Shown: positions 18,101 through 22,001 of the stretch, piece by piece
Layout: the number at the start of each line of letters is the position of its first letter
Numbering within the stretch: the stretch's first letter is position 1
Assembly (NCBI GenBank): GCA_964372875.1
Contig: CAYJTB010000002.1
Coordinates: 21,576 to 85,575, forward strand
Direction: 5' to 3'
Length of the DNA: 64,000 nucleotides
Origin: an uncultured bacterium
GTDB lineage: Bacteria; Omnitrophota; Omnitrophia; Omnitrophales; JACQLI01
Made by a program: the position numbers and the translations under genes
Notes under the pieces: model-generated
Seen by the model: only the letters and a program-made list of their open reading frames with translations
Database searches by the model: none
Told to the model about the DNA's origin: nothing

Positions 18101-18431
18101 CGCCTTCAATGAATAAAGCGCGAACGCCGTATTTCTCGTCCAGAAATTTTAGAAGGGCAAAAATCTTTTTCTGTGTCTCGGCGTGTGCGTGAACCGATTG
18201 GATATGAATGAGAGGAATATTTTCTGTTTTTGTGTCGGGAAGAAATGCTTCTTTAATCGAAGCAAGCTCCTGGGGAATTCCGAGGGGCATCAAAGACAAG
18301 GGAAGATTTTCTATGCCGCCTTCGGCCTTCGCGGGTGGAACGAGGATGGACGATGCAATGACACACATCGCGACCAAGAGAGATATAAACTTTTTATAAG
18401 TCTTCATTAATGTCATAAATCTAATTTTCAA
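6105..18431 (-). CDS. Giant secreted modular protein (4108 aa). It has a signal peptide, a Tiki/ChaN/TraB-like N-terminal domain, several unknown modules and a calcineurin-like metallophosphatase module. REP-encoded linkers and low-complexity linkers separate the modules.
   Basis: This is a single stop-free frame of 12,327 nt and the only minus-strand gene in the window. The N-terminus KFISLLVAMCVIASSILVPPAKA is a signal peptide. IHIQSVHAHAE...ALFIEGA...VLITGGFHADG (about 16850-18250) resembles the Tiki/ChaN fold. LIVIGDLHG...VITGDAIH...LPGNHDY...GGHTTT (about 9350-10130) are metallophosphoesterase motifs. The start could be TTG 18431, ATG 18416 or ATG 18407. Confidence 0.75.
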   Translation of the reverse strand: MKIRFMTLMKTYKKFISLLVAMCVIASSILVPPAKAEGGIENLPLSLMPLGIPQELASIKEAFLPDTKTENIPLIHIQSVHAHAETQKKIFALLKFLDEKYGVRALFIEGAGEKLNPDYFKFFDQNQLNVEVAQKLVEKGELTGAELFLIESQEKIPAYGIEDPDLYRDNLESFQIVMSRQNETNTFTKGLDGELDRLGTHLLTPHTRTLLRTNESFEAGQMELLSYAFELERRTKQILGVDLRNFESQKDWPQMIRLLRLQEAESGLDPERIQTDRQKLIADLKEIGVHPVLVHAFENLSFSPYQTGMVYDPGFNKNDLPRYLAEYLVVSTVDKGFSFDHYPYFTHYLEAAVLQSELDAERLFGEIERLFQNLIQAVAAQPEELKLVGLAQRGGLFERLFDLELTPKDYVKIQQAETIDRPLVRYLIDMQSLHDKTNLGPSQIIPANIRAIEYLYQQAMRFYQLAKKREDVMVEKILNPPSTVSSPPREEKSKMRENGVTVLITGGFHADGLSRAFRKKGISYTILSPRITEKTSSQDYISSLLGEKKTSFDVNYLEPAIKEISNAIRMRMTTRDQNVRPKIIIQEIKSVLQAIIETAKDERMAASRIIRAINQSSYASDRRFVLILSRTGEKAIVWDNVENKPLRNIYGAPIVIPFGTITVETPVLDARSAPTTQKEILADFELPGVINESSSAAPDISRSQTKTSSQSTLKKHPEELPSRYLSFQRLPSLVSIDAGKIIKPSTLMTNISNTTPILKNGGASVNTRLTTAEPTSTGINANSILPYSNLRSGVNKTYSPFAAMSVYPYSLKVNIFLTNKEIVFSRSEANLISDSRLLTSDRRGSEVHPNRLDSGTPPSSPERARAEVRASERTKDVAFVEAIQKLNLDIPENVQALHAIRNSIDINPYGMGDEKIEAFRKLPLPIIQSKGLKKRFEEELLLLKKIFPSLQKEFEDASYLGDPEKDAGKNHALFEAIIEEKNGAKLKEYLIDLFRKDPQTGRFINSSHIRFIRKWSSNFFVLDETKKSLLIPNFRRKGVEDFSIYIVEQFKKGLIEQAQSQDAFEKLAEDGFSKLALETLDKIASEKAIPNLNLLKKKIQKADQLARGANRSEARSEKNTGRFNEGVSSGVPGTSQSQTTSLSLQGSQISKSKQRPSQPLLSNVGDDASSGTVLNTFLQEGRREPTPIKYSQQLTSQPPFPLDSGGNIKNAKANPAKSPTTNAILTKILNWRKNPPATAAGTDSFQVSNNVRAATSRRSGEKISFMNRAPYALGSLAGVSFYINKYYNKNQTSRSEARSTQSEGLRSGPSVFDLSPSTTLGTEPSRRSEVHPNRLDSGTPPPSPERARAEMRADSHGTDEKRKLEMLRDNIKAKSGIPQKFHDRLNEDRLRLLYRSETLTVQELRRILEEKIKNQKGILGLTNDQLEKIVKIVGDLKGISSTQSTPAKLPKQLRFKVDPNLESIKQAISATIDWLIEQGYPHPEVLKNYKEAVKKAEPLPAELARQGMIYAKKKDDPSGTMTIRINDAHLYWRWNAIQNLDSLDYFFLGFASDIIREAWGGAAFKWSDPEHKELLKEGIPIIRNEAASLFEGNPQPFWPRDSVNRFLSKYDEQILRFVAILMANEFYETSRQEEAIKWGKEKGLFLPKRFQSSLRAAKGRDAQGLRALFEGRYEEILKAQGDPIRILEKEIQLGLGNFRAWASGLDNLTQRIYAFYFLSEFQRSIESQGKEGIDSKLQLSEAPPLEMFRSAAFRLHPEIQKIILSWQERTRADSRAEVPPADRPETPPSSPERARAEVRSEKNSGDVKLGVFGLTGVMAHRVPALGEVDRQAHRQGEYPDANGRDFKISHLVSSSLGIVTNPTNQDTNAMNRPTAANRQFTEPPARLPMPVTVEKYFETSSSILPDSSRRVRSFIKGEFNKDIFYSQEKFDLNKTTFLALPRAEVRAQPTPEPLEGGGETPEELRRLLDQSLIKLRGNLMEALKHHNNTGQRVSPEIVETIFREAGEAKSLIADLKNSMQNDPEKEAHLLQGLDYAVERLDDRLQDLKIAGGFEDNQGPRSEVRPNRLDSGTPPSSPERARAEMRNAETINDAGVSGGTARFQSKQQLQISEPKQRSEQTFQASSFFIKGQSATIIPNTKKLNVADRKNNLSQAFGILPNTPPTTAATKNAWNSVKEVFDIASNRFGVQNIFTSGLFSFHHTLAFQNGERVTNDLLKVNHNIIKDKITAPRSEARSTQPKGLRLGPSVFDLSPSTTLGTEPRRRSEVHPNRLDSGTPPSSPERARAEVRSDTKRERLEKIVAQQLEMRRGTFRPELWKPGKIVDFFLPYTDLDEQEIRRLVQTGLDQGQAISDSNFPLEENEQRALRSAVHSLVEAGTRGMVVTTLGPGKQGDELMETVETVIAELKTLKGKGQKIHLVLQVVNQSVEALLELEQVIKDRLLELPKTDRSRIDVEFKGIYGNLFDLPAHPEFIAPSHIFFWRNTWMGEHWTSETIKERARMIWERLKAPGVLILWEREITPNHESLEIQELKQTDLDPIPASLQSRSEARSTQSEGLRSGPSVFDLSPSTTLGTEPSRRSEVHPNRLDSGTPPSSPERARAEVRSKDNEVVQYVVQNYDTRTIKRALNFMKQRSYSPSIQEDEVIFRLLGELETHFGIVSRPSKINVLESARHYPQTGNGQSLTLETEKFRESGARAEVRPNRLDSGTPPSSPERARAEVRAKQDAVLDKEQMYEFFMKEGAEKFFARAVTALDAYPLHSQGEEINNRERSVRWLDDHGKPGALVEIKNADRLIVIGDLHGAYENLAAILKEVDIERALRKDKNAHLVITGDAIHTHRSELFEDPKAYADSFTTLLQILALKRRFPVQVHYLPGNHDYAHLPHEMGGLAIWQQKRLTTQNSFFEKEVFGEGKPFSEEALEGFKNYIQASPVVLKIHSEDDRTKILLAHAGAVHNIQSLKDVINFFTPEVRDLTRIPRSQKEQRQTNPLLETLWSRDYSERAIADYVEKNGVDFAIGGHTTTTMEQAISNNFSIVSLKERANLGWQNRFLIVDSTRYPIYLDLKLPIEGLRNAGDFSQPLLRKKLVDPQGNFAAKVANSTPKLLTPAGLFESDDPEARKGMSVGDAIKALQNRIKELLPVEKMAAFDYLKATETEYFRGGGYKVNRWTPDHLLFQAEDSPENQAGLEEQLKRFVLEFSPTGMKWRLYEIREPRKPPRFIADPVLDGLIDERDLETLSKMASQYKKENLPDEWKKTLEDRRLEFPPTKDELIRWFRSGDYSNILAIAGAVEIVFSPSRVKDAYAGIHKPSLHLEHFFVFDPIRRALEPMYDPHTDSRNFRSEARASDEELKQYLSKLWELAHREELIKSISEQSSGFGYEVKMLLNRVKLSPFSEKEVRPQDILFKAEKGDVLVGRILHLVETLQKVTEEGQVEITVPEGAKTQLETELYLVLGPNPEKPAETLLYSSKGEAQSIPSQLISSPYYHKVISTSERIPLIAPTHTKNIYETQLTAANGVEYKIQLQQLPSDKGEGGKIVVSNSVELEEGHGFYWNLTVEPDKNEVTLIESEKTAGGESTLTYSFTHPETNPEYKDPQSVLARFSSELMRYASALNTASQKEDVPNEEAKHFLFSTALFIRNLLEKGLPGQGENPNRSEMRSEVWSLTEPLARFDRNYKDLIDFLTTLEPRTELIEKLLRLKGELTPEDARKFYFQNVQGGKYEKENPVAVLTDNKSFADIANNVPLPSEYIKMFRVKSQPLTPAMEELIETLAGRIFALHLLKEQDRASLENLFRQPPQVPPTPPDTEAGRSEMRISPKTEVLTLSLMERAVKHRPYSNPKMDPKTVVRAILEIAKQMRWVFSPDDEEILPALIEFSKQSERPETESIQFNSEIARIFTLLAKGANQPGVHVATLDYVPSTSELRGLIVPLVENKKARVSIFVTPEAVKNQQDQDELTKQMDELTKLVPDGRANLVYAPDWIGLRKEVLKAAHEAHKQYFPEGEVKFQTFLGRYFVLSLPENLSDKIAEFGEDFGKSLRSVTYSIPEAKRAAYLVIMSGASTKLAQDVLSLSQKQDLFEINGSRFKIKSSAFALVEAIWKVFEAAKQMAIAA
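10270..10342. repeat. REP/MITE-like element, short form (two hairpins), in frame in the giant ORF
   Basis: CGCACCTCGG CCCTCGCCCGCTCAGGCGAGG ACGGAGGAGT ACCCGAATCCAACCGATTTGGG CGCACCTCGG. The element is bounded by a 10-nt direct repeat. On the minus strand it reads RAEVRPNRLDSGTPPSSPERARAEVR. Confidence 0.9.
10622..10797. repeat. REP/MITE-like element, long form (short form plus a second hairpin-rich sub-element), in frame in the giant ORF
   Basis: Nearly identical to 11566-11741 and 14377-14552. On the minus strand it reads RSEARSTQSEGLRSGPSVFDLSPSTTLGTEPSRRSEVHPNRLDSGTPPSSPERARAEVR. CCTCGG-containing 10-mers occur at both ends and at the junction of the sub-elements. Confidence 0.9.
11566..11741. 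repeat. REP/MITE-like element, long form
   Basis: Same sequence as 10622-10797 apart from a handful of substitutions. It lies immediately upstream (+ sense) of nested cassette A. Confidence 0.9.
11776..11804 (+). promoter_or_regulatory. Sigma70-like promoter of nested cassette A
   Basis: TTGACT (11776-11781), a 17-nt spacer, then TACCCT (11799-11804), with AT-rich sequence upstream. Confidence 0.5.
11854..12069 (+). CDS. Nested small two-TM membrane protein A1 (71 aa), antisense to the giant ORF
   Basis: GTG 11854 (or ATG 11890). There is a basic N-terminus, two hydrophobic helices (LTLFQAFLVAAVVGGVLG / LKLFFLSATFSFLVLGIIVA) and an acidic tail KKEEA. It is a paralog of B1, C1 and D1. Confidence 0.6.
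   Translation: MKIFWTPKRLEAMSKTSLTLFQAFLVAAVVGGVLGKIPNAWLKLFFLSATFSFLVLGIIVADWPLMKKEEA
12071..12163 (+). CDS. Nested single-TM peptide A2 (30 aa)
   Basis: The SD GAGGAGG lies 6 nt upstream of the ATG. Peptide: MFALIFALVLIFVIAAWIGIEQYRLKHRRH. Confidence 0.6.
   Translation: MFALIFALVLIFVIAAWIGIEQYRLKHRRH
12178..12250. repeat. REP/MITE-like element, short form
   Basis: CGCATCTCGG...GGGCGCACCTCGG. It lies 15 nt downstream of the stop of nested ORF A2. Confidence 0.9.
12651..12679 (+). promoter_or_regulatory. Sigma70-like promoter of nested cassette B
   Basis: TTGACT (12651-12656), a 17-nt spacer, then TAAACT (12674-12679), with AT-rich sequence upstream. ATG 12688 lies only about 9 nt downstream, so the leader may be very short. 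Confidence 0.5.
12670..12885 (+). CDS. Nested small two-TM membrane protein B1 (71 aa from TTG 12670; more likely 65 aa from ATG 12688)
   Basis: MKDRTRRLESGKMLLDVSKYFSTVTGIGSLAGG...LAAVGLFMAFVSWFVGFVTIPKDEETK, with the same architecture as A1, C1 and D1. Confidence 0.55.
   Translation: MLNSPLMKDRTRRLESGKMLLDVSKYFSTVTGIGSLAGGSVNWRLAAVGLFMAFVSWFVGFVTIPKDEETK
12882..13007 (+). CDS. Nested single-TM peptide B2 (41 aa)
   Basis: The ATG overlaps the B1 stop (ATGA), with the SD GAGGAA 5 nt upstream. Peptide: MTNFEITAIGIGIFALAVGLTVYLTERWDSMRHNSRKPKHA. Confidence 0.55.
   Translation: MTNFEITAIGIGIFALAVGLTVYLTERWDSMRHNSRKPKHA
13036..13105. repeat. REP/MITE-like element, variant short form
   Basis: It has the same ends (CGCACCTCGG / GGCACCTCGG) and the same first hairpin (CTCGCCCGCTCAGGCGAG). 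The second hairpin is replaced by a different self-complementary sequence (CTCCGGC CGGTCA GCCGGAG instead of ACCCGAATC CAACC GATTCGGGT). Confidence 0.85.
14377..14552. repeat. REP/MITE-like element, long form
   Basis: Near-identical to 10622-10797. It lies immediately upstream (+ sense) of nested cassette C. Confidence 0.9.
14581..14609 (+). promoter_or_regulatory. Sigma70-like promoter of nested cassette C
   Basis: TTGATA (14581-14586), a 17-nt spacer, then TAGACT (14604-14609), with AT-rich sequence upstream. Confidence 0.5.
14635..14844 (+). CDS. Nested small two-TM membrane protein C1 (69 aa)
   Basis: The SD AAGGAG lies 8 nt upstream of the ATG. Sequence: MKEIFSPDRREVAARTLFDTWKLSVPAAVAGGFFLQFNIFVKIAFVVGLLAGFALAFFMFPPESRGKGG. 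Confidence 0.65.
   Translation: MKEIFSPDRREVAARTLFDTWKLSVPAAVAGGFFLQFNIFVKIAFVVGLLAGFALAFFMFPPESRGKGG
14846..14947 (+). CDS. Nested single-TM peptide C2 (33 aa)
   Basis: The SD AAGGAGG lies 5 nt upstream. Peptide: MLVAVSILLVLVPAVLLAGMYLEQYLRKRRHLH. Confidence 0.6.
   Translation: MLVAVSILLVLVPAVLLAGMYLEQYLRKRRHLH
14963..15064 (+). CDS. Nested single-TM peptide C3 (33 aa)
   Basis: The SD AAAGGAG lies 8 nt upstream. Peptide: MDVALISIFGILVVIGTWFGIEKYQERRKRHLH. Confidence 0.6.
   Translation: MDVALISIFGILVVIGTWFGIEKYQERRKRHLH
15826..15898. repeat. REP/MITE-like element, short form
   Basis: CGCACCTCGGCCCTCGCCCGCTCAGGCGAGGACGGAGGAGTACCCGAATCCAACCGATTCGGGTGCACCTCGG. It lies upstream (+ sense) of nested cassette D. 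Confidence 0.9.
15991..16019 (+). promoter_or_regulatory. Sigma70-like promoter of nested cassette D
   Basis: TTGACT (15991-15996), a 17-nt spacer, then TACACT (16014-16019), with AT-rich sequence upstream. Confidence 0.5.
16045..16251 (+). CDS. Nested small two-TM membrane protein D1 (68 aa)
   Basis: TTG start with the SD AAAGGAGAG upstream. FTPLRRFEYGRMLLALIPVLVGSAVV...RIGVVLLILVISVLGFIILPASMETKEGRR. Confidence 0.6.
   Translation: MFTPLRRFEYGRMLLALIPVLVGSAVVSRVFTEAPPFFRIGVVLLILVISVLGFIILPASMETKEGRR
16253..16363 (+). CDS. Nested single-TM peptide D2 (36 aa)
   Basis: The SD GGGAGG lies 7 nt upstream. Peptide: MIDTATAALLGVFLMLIVMMSWFGIEKYLERRKKTH. Confidence 0.6.
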   Translation: MIDTATAALLGVFLMLIVMMSWFGIEKYLERRKKTH

Positions 18432-18516
18432 TCTATGTTAGGTGATTGTTCCTCCTAGAGATGGAAGCTCCTAAAATATACCCCGTGAACAGGCAGGCGT
18501 CAAACGAAGCGCCCGC

Positions 18517-18545
18517 TTGACGGGATTTAAATAAATGTGTATAGT
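18517..18545 (+). promoter_or_regulatory. Sigma70-like promoter of the sulfate-assimilation operon
   Basis: TTGACG (18517-18522), a 17-nt spacer, then TATAGT (18540-18545). It sits in the divergent region between the giant ORF and cysC. Confidence 0.55.
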
Positions 18546-18603
18546 CTTAAGTCTTTTTATAACAAGGAGATAAGCTATTAAAACCGAAGGAGGAGTTAAA
18601 GAA

Positions 18604-19158
18604 GTGGGCAATAAGAAATATACCCTGCAAAGGGGGGTTACGATTTGGTTCACCGGTCTTCCTAGTTCAGGCAAATCCACGGTCGCCCGGATCTTGGAAC
18701 GCAATTTTCGCCAATGGGGTCTCAAATGTGAACTTTTAGATGGCGATGTGATCCGTACCAACCTCAGCAAAGGTCTGGGATTTTCCCGTGAAGACCGTGA
18801 CGCCAACATTAAACGCATCGGTTTTGTGGCGCACCTTTTGACCCGTAATGACGTCATTGCGATGGGTGCTGCGATTTCACCTTTCCGCGAAGCGCGGGAT
18901 TACAATCGCAAACTCATCGGCAATTTCGTCGAAGTGTTTGTGAAATGCTCTGTTGATGAATGTGAGAAACGCGATGTGAAGGGACTTTTTAAGAAAGCCC
19001 GCGCGGGAGAAATCAAAGGTTTTACCGGCGTGGATGATCCTTACGAAGAGCCGCTTCACCCGGAACTTATCTTAGAGACGGAAAAACAATCGGCTGAAGA
19101 GTCGGCGGATATCGTCGTGAAAAAATTGGAAGAGTTAGGATATTTGAAGGCTCAATGA
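18604..19158 (+). CDS. cysC: Adenylylsulfate (APS) kinase
   Basis: GTG start after GGAGGAG. P-loop GVTIWFTGLPSSGKSTVA, and a length typical of CysC. Confidence 0.9.
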   Translation: MGNKKYTLQRGVTIWFTGLPSSGKSTVARILERNFRQWGLKCELLDGDVIRTNLSKGLGFSREDRDANIKRIGFVAHLLTRNDVIAMGAAISPFREARDYNRKLIGNFVEVFVKCSVDECEKRDVKGLFKKARAGEIKGFTGVDDPYEEPLHPELILETEKQSAEESADIVVKKLEELGYLKAQ

Positions 19159-20000
19159 ATCAGGTCGATCTTCACATGCACACCACGCATTCCGACGGCA
19201 CTTTTCTGCCCCGGGATCTTGTGAAGCACGCGAAGGAGCGGGGACTCAAATGCATTTCCGTGACCGATCACGATACCATGTCGAGTTATGAGGAATGCCT
19301 TGATGAGTCAAAAAAGTTAGGGATCGAACTGATTCCAGGAATTGAAATCAGTGCCGATTTTGAGCCGGGGACCCTTCATATTCTTGGGTATTTTCTGGAT
19401 CCCGAGCAGCCGGAGCTAAAGAAAACGCTCCTCGATATTCAAAAAGCACGGCTTGAACGAAATCCTCAGATCATCAAGAAATTAAATAACATCGGAATTG
19501 ATATCACGCTGGAAGAAGTGATTGCTGAATCGGGCGGAAAACAAGTCGGGCGTCCGCATTTCGCGCGGGTACTTTTGAAAAGAGGCTTCATCAAAAACAT
19601 GGAAGAGGCCTTCCGAAAATATTTGGCCAAAGGAAAACCGGGGTACGTGGATAAACGCAGACTTTCTTCTAAAGACGCCATCCAGAGTATTCATCAAGCA
19701 GGCGGGATTGCATCCATCGCGCACCCTAAACAGATGAAACTCCAAGAGCCCGAACTTTCTAAAGAATTCGAGCGGCTCGTGGATGAGGGATTGGGTGGTA
19801 TCGAGGCGTACAATAGTTGCCAAAGCGCTGCCGAAGCCAAGATCTACAAGCAAATCGCAAAACGTTTTAATCTCATCGTTACAGGCGGTAGTGATTTTCA
19901 TGGCGCCAACAAACCCGACGTGCAGTTAGGAAGTTTTGGCGCAGACCTGGACTACAAAGTGATTGAAGACATGAAAAAGTTTGTATGGGTGAAGAAATGA
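19155..20000 (+). CDS. PHP-domain phosphoesterase, probably a 3',5'-nucleotide bisphosphate (pAp) phosphatase
   Basis: VDLHMHTTHSDGT...ISVTDHDT...GGSDFHG are PHP motifs. The gene is translationally coupled between cysC and cysH, which fits the COG0613 pAp phosphatase family. Confidence 0.7.
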   Translation: MNQVDLHMHTTHSDGTFLPRDLVKHAKERGLKCISVTDHDTMSSYEECLDESKKLGIELIPGIEISADFEPGTLHILGYFLDPEQPELKKTLLDIQKARLERNPQIIKKLNNIGIDITLEEVIAESGGKQVGRPHFARVLLKRGFIKNMEEAFRKYLAKGKPGYVDKRRLSSKDAIQSIHQAGGIASIAHPKQMKLQEPELSKEFERLVDEGLGGIEAYNSCQSAAEAKIYKQIAKRFNLIVTGGSDFHGANKPDVQLGSFGADLDYKVIEDMKKFVWVKK

Positions 20001-20024
20001 CCGTCATGACGAATTTGAGGAGCA

Positions 20025-20804
20025 ATGGTGTTGGCAGAACACACGCTTGATCTCGCAAAATTAAATCAGGAGTTCGAAAAGAAAAAGCCGGAAGAGATTA
20101 TTGCTTGGGCGATCAAAGCATTCCCCGGCAAAATCGCAATGACCTCTTCTTTTGGTCCGGAGTCCGGCGTTTTGCTTCATATGGCAAGCCAGATCGATCC
20201 GGGCGTACCCGTTCTTTTCTTAGAAACCGGTTACCATTTTCAGGAAACCATCGTTTATAAAGAAGAGCTCGTAAAACTTTTGGGTCTGACGCGTCTCGTG
20301 GATCTAAAGGCTGAGCCCAAGAGAAAAGCGGAAGTCGTAAAACAATACGAAGGCGTTCCCTACGAAAAAAATCCGGACCTCTGCTGCCAAATCAATAAGG
20401 TCGAGCCCATGGACTTGGCGATGAAAGATTTCGACGCGTGGATGAGCGGTATTCGCCGGCACCAAACGGATTTCAGAAAATCGATTCGCGTTTTTGAAGA
20501 GTACAGGAAACCCGAAACGGGAAACCATCTCTACAAAATTAGCCCCTTAGCCAATTTCACCAGCCGGGAAATGTGGTGGTATCTGAAAGAACACAATATT
20601 CCCAAACACCCTCTCTATGACAAAGGCTATCTCAGTGTCGGCTGCTGGCCCTGCACGCGCCCCGTTCAACCGGGCGATGATGAACGCTCAGGCCGGTGGG
20701 CCGGAAAAACAAAAACAGAATGCGGTATTCACACTTTTTTAGAGATAAAAGAAGAAGAGAAAAAGGAAAAGAAAGACGGAATCAATTATTCGGGTGGAAT
20801 ATAA
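20025..20804 (+). CDS. cysH: Phosphoadenosine-phosphosulfate / adenylylsulfate reductase (thioredoxin-dependent, with Fe-S-type cysteines)
   Basis: The PP-loop-like SSFGPESGVLLH, the C-terminal KTECGIH, and the CC...CxxC cysteines (DLCCQ, GCWPC) are typical of the APS-reductase subclass. Confidence 0.88.
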   Translation: MVLAEHTLDLAKLNQEFEKKKPEEIIAWAIKAFPGKIAMTSSFGPESGVLLHMASQIDPGVPVLFLETGYHFQETIVYKEELVKLLGLTRLVDLKAEPKRKAEVVKQYEGVPYEKNPDLCCQINKVEPMDLAMKDFDAWMSGIRRHQTDFRKSIRVFEEYRKPETGNHLYKISPLANFTSREMWWYLKEHNIPKHPLYDKGYLSVGCWPCTRPVQPGDDERSGRWAGKTKTECGIHTFLEIKEEEKKEKKDGINYSGGI

Positions 20805-20828
20805 AATGAAGGAGAATGATTACATCTA

Positions 20829-22001
20829 ATGATACAGCCCCACGGCGGTAAACTCATCAATCGTGAACTTTCTGGAAACGAAAAAGAAGAGGCCAAGAAA
20901 AAAGTCACAACCCTCAAGACACTTACACTCGCACCCTGCGAAGTTTCAGACCTTGAGATGCTTGCAACAGGTGCTCTGAGTCCCTTAGAAGGATTTATGG
21001 GCCAGGCGGATTTTAATTCCGTTCTGGAAAAAATGCACCTGGCAACGGGGCCTGTGTGGACACTCCCCGTCGTAAAATCCATCTCCGCCGAAGACAAAAA
21101 CAATTTGAAAGCAGGCGAAGAGGTTGCGCTTCAAGATGAAAAAGGCGAAGCACTTGCGATTTTAAAAATCGGCGAGATTTTTCCTTATGATAAAACCAAA
21201 CATGCCCAAAAGGCCTACGGGACTTTAGAAGAAACGCACCCCGGAGTTGCGCGCGTAATGAGCGCCGGAGGATTTTTAGTTTCAGGAAAAATTTCTCTTT
21301 TCCAACGGCCCAAATACACGGATTTTCTCCAATATCGCCTTGATCCCGCAGAGACCAGAAAAACTTTTGAATCACGCGGATGGAAAACCGTGGTGGCTTT
21401 TCAAACGCGCAATCCCATTCACCGGGCCCATGAATACATTCAGAAATGCGCACTGGAAATTGTGGATGGTTTGATGATTCATCCCTTGGTGGGTGCCACC
21501 AAGGGCGACGATGTCCCGGCCGCTGTCCGGATGCGTTGTTACGAAGTCCTCATTGAAAAATATTACCAAAAATCTCGTGTCCTTCTTTCGGTTTTTCCCG
21601 CGGCCATGCGTTATGCGGGCCCCAAAGAGGCGATCTTTCACGCGATTGTGAGAAAAAATTACGGCTGCACGCATTTTATTGTGGGCCGCGACCACGCCGG
21701 AGTTTCAAGACCCGACGGAAAAGGTTTTTATGGTCCCTTCGATGCCCAGAAAATTTTTGATGAATTCAAACCGGGCGAGATCGGTGTGACGCCCTTTTTC
21801 TTCGAAAATTCTTTCTATTGCCGCGCCTGCAAATCCATGGCCACGGAAAAAATTTGTCCGCACGATGCCTCGGGACGCGTCTTTTTAAGCGGGACCAAAG
21901 TCCGCGAGATGCTCCTCAAAGGAGAAATTCCACCGGAAGAGTTTTCACGGCCCGAGGTTGCGCGCGTTTTGCTCGAAGCTTACCAAACCAAGGAGAATTG
22001 A
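20829..22001 (+). CDS. sat: Sulfate adenylyltransferase (ATP sulfurylase)
   Basis: The motifs QTRNPIHRAHE and VGRDHAG are present. Confidence 0.9.
   Translation: MIQPHGGKLINRELSGNEKEEAKKKVTTLKTLTLAPCEVSDLEMLATGALSPLEGFMGQADFNSVLEKMHLATGPVWTLPVVKSISAEDKNNLKAGEEVALQDEKGEALAILKIGEIFPYDKTKHAQKAYGTLEETHPGVARVMSAGGFLVSGKISLFQRPKYTDFLQYRLDPAETRKTFESRGWKTVVAFQTRNPIHRAHEYIQKCALEIVDGLMIHPLVGATKGDDVPAAVRMRCYEVLIEKYYQKSRVLLSVFPAAMRYAGPKEAIFHAIVRKNYGCTHFIVGRDHAGVSRPDGKGFYGPFDAQKIFDEFKPGEIGVTPFFFENSFYCRACKSMATEKICPHDASGRVFLSGTKVREMLLKGEIPPEEFSRPEVARVLLEAYQTKEN

Noticed and set aside
16674-18410. Several 60-105-aa + strand ORFs lie opposite the N-terminal domain of the giant ORF (16674-16988, 17040-17279, 17598-17825, 18183-18410).
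   Set aside because: Unlike the four nested cassettes, they have no promoter or SD signals, no hydrophobic-helix architecture and no paralogs. They are probably shadow ORFs.
6105-18431. The giant ORF could be several adjacent genes, or an assembly chimera created by the repeats.
   Set aside because: This is not fully rejected. However, there is no in-frame stop anywhere in 12.3 kb, so separate minus-strand genes could not terminate. The repeats are all co-oriented and in phase, which random misassembly would not produce. Long reads would settle it.
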